Shown piece by piece: positions 47,157 to 54,594 of a DNA stretch of 64,000 nucleotides. The stretch covers positions 186,001 to 250,000 of IMG/VR virus record IMGVR_UViG_3300020442_000005. The stretch is one strand, 5' to 3'. The position numbers were made by a program, and so were the translations under genes. Each line of letters starts with the position of its first letter. The stretch's first letter is position 1. The notes under the pieces were generated by a model. It was not told where the DNA came from and made no database searches. It saw only the letters and a list, made by a program, of their open reading frames with translations.

Positions 47157-48080
47157 ATGTTGACAACACTATTTACATCTCTTCTGCTTGGGTGTGGTAG
47201 CGACATTGCTATCATAACCAGAGACAAAGCAATTACTGATACAAATTCAGTATCAGATGTAGTCGAGGAAACCAGCACACCGGACGATACAGTAACAAAC
47301 GAACCTGGCGACGATGAACCTTCTCAGCCATCGGCCGAACCATCTGATGAAATGACTGAGCTGACAATCGGATTTGCAGAATTATCGTTAACGCAAATTG
47401 CATGTCCGGCCTGTATGGGCGTTCCGTCTGAGTTTGATATATCAGCTAGTTTAAAACTGCATCAACCAACAACTGGCGGATACAGCGACATGCTGCAAGT
47501 TGGAACTTGCGTTACCCAGGAACTGGGTTCATATGTTAGCTCGACTCCTCTGAATGTATCTGGTGTTGCTTCATTTAACTCAATCCAGCTTTACCCATCT
47601 GGTCCTGGGGAATGGACTGCGGCAAATCTTCAAGAGTTTCAAATCCCACGACGTGAACCGATCACTGTTGTAACCGATGCTGGTGTCATACCAAATGCAT
47701 TTGAAACTCTTGAAGGCTTTGATGATGTACAGCCATGGGAGCTAAGATATGTCGATCCATCATATGCTTTCGCGGCGGTGGTTTCAAAGCAAGGAACGAC
47801 TTTCACATGGTATCCAGTGATTACGGGAGCTTTGTTTGAAGTCATGGTAGTAGTGTACACACCTGATGGTTCGCAGATACTCGGTTTAGTATCTTGTCTA
47901 GAGCCTGACATGGGTTACATGACTATCCCCGGCTCATATTTCCAGTCGTACCCAACATGGGCTTTGACAGCAATTTATCTAACCCGCCACAGGATTGATA
48001 GACAGCCTGCATATGAGTTCAATGGTTACTTAGAATCACATCAAACATGGACTGTACTTGGTACAGGTCACATTGAATAA
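47157..48080 (+). CDS. lipoprotein
   Basis: AAGGA RBS; lipobox LLLGC; acidic Pro-rich linker; Cys-containing beta-rich domain. Confidence 0.65.
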   Translation: MLTTLFTSLLLGCGSDIAIITRDKAITDTNSVSDVVEETSTPDDTVTNEPGDDEPSQPSAEPSDEMTELTIGFAELSLTQIACPACMGVPSEFDISASLKLHQPTTGGYSDMLQVGTCVTQELGSYVSSTPLNVSGVASFNSIQLYPSGPGEWTAANLQEFQIPRREPITVVTDAGVIPNAFETLEGFDDVQPWELRYVDPSYAFAAVVSKQGTTFTWYPVITGALFEVMVVVYTPDGSQILGLVSCLEPDMGYMTIPGSYFQSYPTWALTAIYLTRHRIDRQPAYEFNGYLESHQTWTVLGTGHIE

Positions 48081-48147
48081 AAATACATAAAATAATATAC
48101 AACAATAGAAACGTACATAATATATAGAGAAATAAATGGAGGTGCTA

Positions 48148-48408
48148 ATGCGCATTTTAATCTTGGCTGCGACTCTTGCAGCATGTACAACAAAGAACGA
48201 CACTGTTGAGACAACGGAAACAACCGAAACAACGGAAACAACGACAGAAGTTCTAAAAACCGATCAATCAGATGCGACGGTTTCGGGGAAAAAAACAAAT
48301 ACAACAACCGAAAATAAAACCGAGACTACGACAAACGACGAAACTACCGTCACAACTGAAAAAACAGATAAAACTGAAAACAACACTAATGAGGTAACAA
48401 ATGATTAG
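48148..48408 (+). CDS. small lipoprotein with TTE repeats
   Basis: GGAGG RBS; lipobox LAAC. Confidence 0.7.
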   Translation: MRILILAATLAACTTKNDTVETTETTETTETTTEVLKTDQSDATVSGKKTNTTTENKTETTTNDETTVTTEKTDKTENNTNEVTND

Positions 48409-48577
48409 TTTACTATTAACAATGTTCTTGGCCTGCGGCGATAAAGAAAATGAAGATACGGCTGCCGAGGATGTAGCAGAAGACACCGCAGCAGAACTTG
48501 AAGATACAGGCGAAGAGCAATCCGAAGAATCCGAAGAATCAGAGGAATCCGAAGAGAGCGAAGAGCCGGCCGAGTAA
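48401..48577 (+). CDS. 58-aa acidic lipoprotein (not in ORF track)
   Basis: GAGG RBS; MISLLLTMFLAC-GDKENEDTAAED...SEESEESEE. Confidence 0.7.
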   Translation: MISLLLTMFLACGDKENEDTAAEDVAEDTAAELEDTGEEQSEESEESEESEESEEPAE

Positions 48578-48622
48578 TCGGTTTAAAAAAATACACAAAC
48601 TCTCCCCCCAAAATGTGTTTTT

Positions 48623-48650
48623 AAGCCTAGGTTAATCCTAGGCTTTTTTT
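48623..48650 (+). terminator. intrinsic terminator
   Basis: aagcctagg-ttaat-cctaggctt plus T run. Confidence 0.85.
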
Positions 48651-48680
48651 GTAAAACGTGTTTTTGGTAGGTATATTATT
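48650..48680 (+). promoter_or_regulatory. promoter TGTAAAA-N15-TATATTATT
   Basis: Recurrent motif. Confidence 0.6.
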
Positions 48681-48701
48681 AATACGAACAAGGAGTAATA
48701 A

Positions 48702-49121
48702 ATGTTAGATGACAAAACAAAAATGTTTTTAATCAAAGCAATGACTGAAGGAATTGAGTGCAATTTCCAGAACGAGGAAGCCAAAGATTATTTCATACAT
48801 ACGTTGCAAAAGACTGTCGACAAAAACGAAAAGATTGGTTCGAAGTTGATAGGTGACTCGTATGGCTTATTGATGGAAGATTCAACCGGGGATCCGTACG
48901 GTATAGTCAAATTGTCAGACAATCTAGTTTTGTTTGCGTTGCTAATACCTGAACCTGATCTAACCAGTGAGCAATCTGTTGATTTTGGTAGAATAGTATT
49001 AGCAGTTCTTTCGACTTTCGCTTTGATTGAAGCTGAGCAATCATTAGGAAAAACTGGCAGATCTGCCGCTAAGAGCGAATCTGTCAAGTTCAACATATCA
49101 GAAATCGGTGTAATTATTTAG
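48702..49121 (+). CDS. hypothetical protein
   Basis: AAGGAG RBS. Confidence 0.65.
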   Translation: MLDDKTKMFLIKAMTEGIECNFQNEEAKDYFIHTLQKTVDKNEKIGSKLIGDSYGLLMEDSTGDPYGIVKLSDNLVLFALLIPEPDLTSEQSVDFGRIVLAVLSTFALIEAEQSLGKTGRSAAKSESVKFNISEIGVII

Positions 49122-49130
49122 GAGATAAAA

Positions 49131-49286
49131 ATGCCAAGACCTTTAAAGAATAATGAAATCAATGAAAAAATAGAAGACCTGAAATCTGTTGTCGATAACA
49201 ATCAATACAAAGTCGGCCTTCAAGATAAAATCAATATTGGATTTGCCTTTTTGATTTTGGTCTTGCTTGGTGCAACTTTTTTCTAA
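49131..49286 (+). CDS. 51-aa tail-anchored peptide (not in ORF track)
   Basis: AGGAG RBS; C-terminal IGFAFLILVLLGATFF. Confidence 0.6.
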   Translation: MPRPLKNNEINEKIEDLKSVVDNNQYKVGLQDKINIGFAFLILVLLGATFF

Positions 49287-49296
49287 TGGAGAGGTA

Positions 49297-49494
49297 ATGA
49301 ATTATTCATCCGCAAAAATCAACTACAAAAAGATAATTGAATATATTGCTAAAAGTCGTAGAAAAGACAAGGGTTTATACGACCGAGCTAAATCATATCT
49401 GTCACAGATGAATCCGGACTGGGATAACGTGAAGCTTGAAACCAGCGTACTGTGGGACGTGAGGGATTATTTCAAAAGATCTTCTAAAAATTAG
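49297..49494 (+). CDS. hypothetical protein
   Basis: GAGG RBS. Confidence 0.55.
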   Translation: MNYSSAKINYKKIIEYIAKSRRKDKGLYDRAKSYLSQMNPDWDNVKLETSVLWDVRDYFKRSSKN

Positions 49495-49578
49495 AAACTG
49501 AAAAGTTTACCTTTTCACTGAACCATACTTATAAATAGGGGGAGGGCAGCACGCAATACCTATTTTGGGTATGGTTCT

Positions 49579-49995
49579 TTGCTGGCATCAATGGATTTTA
49601 GGGAAAATGATCTAGTTGTAATAAAGGGCATGAAATATTCCGCGGATAAGGAAGAGATAGTTGCAGAAATATACAGAATATTATTTGTGGGTCTACACGA
49701 TTTAATAGTAATCTCGAGAAAAAAGTATGGTAAAGTACCATTCAAGATCTCAAAATCTTCTTGCATATCTTTAAGAACAAAAATCAAAGAGACTAATCCA
49801 ACAGGTGAAAATGAAATTAAACTAGGGTCACTTGTGCTTGGGATCGACGTAAATTATGATGGATCGATCCAAAAGAAAGTAGTTGGACATGTCATACAAA
49901 TTATTGAAAACCACAACTCGATGAAATACTATGTCATCAATTCAGATAACAAGGACACAATGTTCGAAAAAGACAAGGTTTTATTGTTGCAGTAG
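49579..49995 (+). CDS. hypothetical protein (start uncertain)
   Basis: ORF after a TATAAATA element. Confidence 0.55.
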   Translation: MLASMDFRENDLVVIKGMKYSADKEEIVAEIYRILFVGLHDLIVISRKKYGKVPFKISKSSCISLRTKIKETNPTGENEIKLGSLVLGIDVNYDGSIQKKVVGHVIQIIENHNSMKYYVINSDNKDTMFEKDKVLLLQ

Positions 49996-50016
49996 GTGTC
50001 AACTATATATTTATAA

Positions 50017-51033
50017 ATGCACTATTTCAAAGGGTTATTTATGGAAAAATATGGTTGGAATCCTCTGTCAGGCCTAATAAAAGATATAAAGCTGTCAGGT
50101 GGATTTGTAAATGCGCACTCTCATTTGGACAGAGCACATACCGTTACACAAGAGATGATGGTAAAAACAAAAGACCATCTACACCAAAAATGGAAACTAG
50201 TTGACGACATTAAATTAAAAAGAACTACTGATGATTACCGATTTGATATCAAACGTGCTCTAGATCATCAGAGACATATCGGAATCAACACTATATGTTC
50301 GTTTATAGACATTGACGAAGTAGTAGGTTACAAAGCTATCGATGGCGCTGTACTAGCGAGAAAAGATATTCACGACCAAATCGGTGTAGACGGAATGAAT
50401 ATCCAGTTTGCATGCCAAACCTTGAAAGGAGTTTTAGATCAGAATAATTTTGAGCTGATAAAAAATAGAATCCATTGTTTTGATATCATAGGATCACTGC
50501 CTGGCGCTGATAAAAATCGAGAAGCAGAACATTTGGATGTTGTGATGAAACTTGCAAAAGACCAAAACAAAATGTTGCATGTACACGTCGATCAACTCAA
50601 CGACCCAAACGAGAAAGAGACGGAACTCTTGTGTAGGAAAACAATCGAACACGGGTTAGAAGGAAAGGTCGTTGCAATACATTCAATTTCTCTTGCTGCG
50701 CATTCTAAACGATACAGACATGAAGTTTATAAAATGGCAAAGGACGCTGGTCTAATGTTTGTTACATGTCCGACCGCATGGATCGATCACCCAAGAAATG
50801 AAACTCTTATGCCTTTCCATAATGCTGTAACTCCAGTTGATGAATTACTTACTTATGATTTAACCATTGGAATCGGATCGGATAATATACATGATATCTA
50901 TAAACCATATTCAGACGGAAACATGGAAACTGAATTAAGATTCTTGCTTGAATCTTGCAAGATATATGACGTTAACGTACTAAAAAACATTGCAACCATT
51001 GGTGGATTAAAAGTTTGCGGCATAATTAAGTAA
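50017..51033 (+). CDS. cytosine deaminase (CodA)-like amidohydrolase; start possibly 50041
   Basis: FVNAHSHLD, LHVHVDQ, AIHS, GSDN. Confidence 0.8.
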   Translation: MHYFKGLFMEKYGWNPLSGLIKDIKLSGGFVNAHSHLDRAHTVTQEMMVKTKDHLHQKWKLVDDIKLKRTTDDYRFDIKRALDHQRHIGINTICSFIDIDEVVGYKAIDGAVLARKDIHDQIGVDGMNIQFACQTLKGVLDQNNFELIKNRIHCFDIIGSLPGADKNREAEHLDVVMKLAKDQNKMLHVHVDQLNDPNEKETELLCRKTIEHGLEGKVVAIHSISLAAHSKRYRHEVYKMAKDAGLMFVTCPTAWIDHPRNETLMPFHNAVTPVDELLTYDLTIGIGSDNIHDIYKPYSDGNMETELRFLLESCKIYDVNVLKNIATIGGLKVCGIIK

Positions 51034-51056
51034 TGAAAAAAGAAATGGAGTAAGTC

Positions 51057-51419
51057 ATGAGTAAAAAATGGTCTAGATCAGACGTGGTTAACTGGATGAG
51101 AATGATAAACGAGTGTGGCTGTGAGGACGAAAGCCACAGCGTACATGGTGATACGATGTTCAGCGTTTCGTTTGAGCCACAGATGTTGCGTGACGTCGTA
51201 CAACAAAAGATGGGATCCATGAATGCAATGTGTCCTGAATCATATGAAATGGCAGCTGACTTTGTATGCCAAGATCCTCATGCAGTTCTGGAAATGATAA
51301 AGCCTTTAATGGCTCAGATTGGAATAGGATGTCCCCAGTCATTTGCAAAAGCGATGGCAGATGTATTTTACGCCGGGCAGGACATGGGAATTGTTAAACC
51401 TTTCAACACAGAGAAATAA
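51057..51419 (+). CDS. hypothetical Cys/Met-rich protein
   Basis: GGAG RBS. Confidence 0.65.
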   Translation: MSKKWSRSDVVNWMRMINECGCEDESHSVHGDTMFSVSFEPQMLRDVVQQKMGSMNAMCPESYEMAADFVCQDPHAVLEMIKPLMAQIGIGCPQSFAKAMADVFYAGQDMGIVKPFNTEK

Positions 51420-51420
51420 A

Positions 51421-51825
51421 ATGAAGATTACAAAGAGCCAATTAAAAAGAATCATTCGAGAAGAATACACACGACTTATGCACAGTGGTTTACTAGCTGA
51501 AACTAATTACATGGCTATGGGTGCTCCATACGACAGTCAATTATTTGCCGATTGGTGCGATGCAGTAGACAGCTTGTACGATGACGTTCCATCTTGGACT
51601 ACCAACGCGTTAGGGTACCTTTGGGAACAAGACATTGAAGAAATGTTAGATGAAGACGGGAATTATTATGTTAAGACCTTGTTTGCATCAACTGGCGCTT
51701 ACGATGGTTGTGCATCTCTTGTGAAGTTGGCTATGGATAACGGATCAAAACCTAGACACGTAGAGTACCTTATGAATAAATTCTTAAAATTCGCAAGAGA
51801 AGAGCAAGGATACACTGTCGTCTAA
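51421..51825 (+). CDS. leader-motif protein MKITKSQLKRIIREEY
   Basis: Start 2 nt after the upstream stop. Confidence 0.75.
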   Translation: MKITKSQLKRIIREEYTRLMHSGLLAETNYMAMGAPYDSQLFADWCDAVDSLYDDVPSWTTNALGYLWEQDIEEMLDEDGNYYVKTLFASTGAYDGCASLVKLAMDNGSKPRHVEYLMNKFLKFAREEQGYTVV

Positions 51826-51906
51826 AGACTGCATTTAATCTCATGAAAAAAGTGTATCCGGACTGTCTGAATTAATTTAAAAACCATTCAACAAAGAGCC
51901 AGTCAT

Positions 51907-52287
51907 ATGAAAATATCAAAACGACAACTCAGAAGAATAATCAAAGAAGAATACTCACGACTTGCCCGGCATGGACTTATCAAAGAGGCGAACGAATTTT
52001 ATGTAAGTGCAAGCGACCCGATCGTGATGGAAATTATCGATATTGCAAAAGATGCAGTGCAGCGTGGTAAGCCGGGTATCACATATCAAGATATTGAGTA
52101 TGCATTTTACGAGGCTGCTGAGCCTGATGAGTTCGTTCATCCGGTTAGCTATGAAGACATCGACTTTGTAACGTCAATGAACGAGATGGATATTGAGAGT
52201 TTTTTGAATCACTTGGCTGGCATGGGTGTCCTGAGGTTGGTTTCAAGCCCTAGTAGCCGAGTTGCTATGTACGCAGCTGCCGTATAG
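51907..52287 (+). CDS. leader-motif protein MKISKRQLRRIIKEEY
   Basis: Shared leader. Confidence 0.75.
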   Translation: MKISKRQLRRIIKEEYSRLARHGLIKEANEFYVSASDPIVMEIIDIAKDAVQRGKPGITYQDIEYAFYEAAEPDEFVHPVSYEDIDFVTSMNEMDIESFLNHLAGMGVLRLVSSPSSRVAMYAAAV

Positions 52288-52296
52288 AGAGACAAA

Positions 52297-53421
52297 ATGT
52301 CAGAAAAAATACTTAGAGAGTATATAAAAGGCCTTTTGCTGAGTAATTCTGACGTCCTTCTTGAGAGGGCTAAAAGAAAAAAAGCCAGACAGAACAATAT
52401 AGATAAAGAGATAATGGCTGCAGCCAAATCAGCTGAAGCTGAAGGGCAGAGTTTTACTAGTCAATATTTTGCTGGCTACATTATGGATTCATATCCAGAT
52501 TTTACTCATGTCCGCAGCCGAAAAGACAAAAATTATCTAAATGACCTAGCTGAAGAACCAATAAGCTTGCAGGCGCTTCTGGACAGCTTGGTTGATTTTG
52601 ATTTGCTAGAAGTGACCGGCCAGCAGAATAATTTTAAAATATATTCGATAACTGGCCGGCCCAAAACAAAACCGGATATTAAGAGGGGTGATTTTAACGG
52701 AGCCTCCGAGCAAGAGTTTTATAATTATCTCCAGGAAATCTTAGATTCGGATAGTTATTTGACTGATATGAAAGAGGCCATGGAGCATTTCGGCGGCGGT
52801 CTTTTGTTTGATCTTTTCGTTAAAAATCAAAATCCTGCATTTACGAGAAAAGTGACCCCACCCCAGGGTACTGATAACCGAACTGATAAATTAATAGACT
52901 ATTCGACTATGTTTGATTTAAACGGCGCATTAGCTCGAAACGAATGGAGTGCGGTACTTACTCCTCAATTCAAATTCAGAAATAATAGTAGGACAAAGAA
53001 AGTAAGGGGAGTTTTTGTCCGCTTCAATCACGTGCATTCTCTAATGGAACCATGGCAACTTCTTATTCGAATGGTTGATAAGGCAATTTTTGATTTCCTT
53101 AAGAGTCGACCAACATTTGCAAATAAGGAAGAGTTTAGATTACGACTTTTAGATTCGTTCTGGCAGTTTCCGCTCGAGGTTGATGCCGGCGGTTTACACT
53201 TAGAATTGACAAATTTGCCGATTCCTGGAAAACCATATTACTTTCATACCGCTGATGTGTTGACATCAGCAAATATAAATAAAGCAATCTCATGGCTTGA
53301 CTCGAATGGAACTGACCCTGAAGATCAAATATATCTGGTGCTTCGTAACGCAAACAACGAAACAGTGGTAAATCGAATATCTCAGGCCGCCAAACATAAA
53401 CAAAAAGAAGAAGCCAGATAA
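52297..53421 (+). CDS. hypothetical protein (ILREYIKGLLL leader variant)
   Basis: 374-aa ORF. Confidence 0.7.
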   Translation: MSEKILREYIKGLLLSNSDVLLERAKRKKARQNNIDKEIMAAAKSAEAEGQSFTSQYFAGYIMDSYPDFTHVRSRKDKNYLNDLAEEPISLQALLDSLVDFDLLEVTGQQNNFKIYSITGRPKTKPDIKRGDFNGASEQEFYNYLQEILDSDSYLTDMKEAMEHFGGGLLFDLFVKNQNPAFTRKVTPPQGTDNRTDKLIDYSTMFDLNGALARNEWSAVLTPQFKFRNNSRTKKVRGVFVRFNHVHSLMEPWQLLIRMVDKAIFDFLKSRPTFANKEEFRLRLLDSFWQFPLEVDAGGLHLELTNLPIPGKPYYFHTADVLTSANINKAISWLDSNGTDPEDQIYLVLRNANNETVVNRISQAAKHKQKEEAR

Positions 53422-53450
53422 AATATCATTAAATTAAAATTGGAGTTCAA

Positions 53451-53645
53451 GTGATTAAAGTAGGAAATCAAGTAAGTTTATTCAACAACATCGGAAAAGA
53501 AGGCATCGTCATTGGCCTTAAACCCGTAAAGATCAACACAAGTTTTACCAACGGTACAGCCACAAATTCATGGGCAATTATTATACAGTGGAAAGACGGA
53601 ACAACAGGTACATATCCTATTGGCGATGTAATGAGAATAGACTAA
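53451..53645 (+). CDS. small SH3-like hypothetical protein
   Basis: GGAG RBS, GTG start; IKVGNQV. Confidence 0.6.
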   Translation: MIKVGNQVSLFNNIGKEGIVIGLKPVKINTSFTNGTATNSWAIIIQWKDGTTGTYPIGDVMRID

Positions 53646-53731
53646 TTTTTTTTTGGATATATAAAATTTAATTTATAATTAATATAGAACATCAACCACC
53701 AATTATTTTCATGGAACATAAGGAAAATAAA

Positions 53732-54046
53732 ATGAAAGTATCAAAAAGACAATTGAAAAGAATCATTCGAGAAGAATATTCAAGGCTAAAACGATCTGGA
53801 CTTCTTAACGAAGCCATGGGACTAGGTAACGACATGTATGTCGAGCAAATCATGGAAGAGCTTCGTGATGGTGACGAACTGTCCTATATGGAATTATCAA
53901 GAGCATTGAGTCCAATCATACCAGGCTTTGATGAAGCTGAATTAGGAAATGCAATTGATCACGCTTTGCAAAGGGGAATGATTCAAGCTCGTATGGGAAG
54001 AGATGGATTAGGCGTGTTTATGGTGTCACCCCAGTACATGATGTAA
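53732..54046 (+). CDS. leader-motif protein MKVSKRQLKRIIREEY
   Basis: AAGGA RBS; shared leader. Confidence 0.75.
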   Translation: MKVSKRQLKRIIREEYSRLKRSGLLNEAMGLGNDMYVEQIMEELRDGDELSYMELSRALSPIIPGFDEAELGNAIDHALQRGMIQARMGRDGLGVFMVSPQYMM

Positions 54047-54070
54047 ATAACTTACATTTGCCTGATTTAA

Positions 54071-54095
54071 AATAGACGCTTCGGCGTCTATTTCT
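54071..54095. terminator. hairpin terminator with UUCG loop
   Basis: aatagacgc-ttcg-gcgtctatt. Confidence 0.75.
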
Positions 54096-54136
54096 AATTT
54101 GTTTGTATACTTATAATTATACGGGGGTAATTATGT

Positions 54137-54361
54137 ATGCAATTTTTGGGAGACAACATATATGGATTTAGGCCGGGCCAAATTATATACTATGCAAAAA
54201 GTCATTTGGCTTTACTGATTAAGCCTGAAGACGGTGAAGACGTATGGCAGCCGGGTTTGTTCGTAAGATATTTAAACGGATCAAAAGAAAACTGTATAAT
54301 AACAGACATACACGGAACGAAACTCGAATGTCCTACATATATGATCCAGAAGGTGTACTAG
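54137..54361 (+). CDS. hypothetical protein
   Basis: Follows a TATAATTATA element. Confidence 0.55.
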   Translation: MQFLGDNIYGFRPGQIIYYAKSHLALLIKPEDGEDVWQPGLFVRYLNGSKENCIITDIHGTKLECPTYMIQKVY

Positions 54362-54594
54362 ACGCTCACAGCTTTATTTATCTGACTATAGGCAGCCTTG
54401 TGTACTATGGTCCAGTAACAAATGTCGGGAAAGAGCGGCATATCGGCATAATTATCGATGCGAACTATTCTAATATTGTCGCTGGTGAATGCATATTCCA
54501 CGTATACGCTGACGGTAATATAATAGAGACAGCCATTGTTTATCCAGTTGCAGAGGAAGTTTTACATGAAAAAATTGTACGAATCGAGTCTTGA
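54244..54594 (+). CDS. hypothetical protein (true start probably further downstream)
   Basis: IGSLV...HIGII SH3-like core. Confidence 0.45.
   Translation: MAAGFVRKIFKRIKRKLYNNRHTRNETRMSYIYDPEGVLDAHSFIYLTIGSLVYYGPVTNVGKERHIGIIIDANYSNIVAGECIFHVYADGNIIETAIVYPVAEEVLHEKIVRIES

Noticed and set aside
48205-48570. CRISPR-like or mobile repeats
   Set aside because: These are short in-frame coding repeats (TTE, SEE) with no spacer structure; no CRISPR array was seen anywhere in the window.
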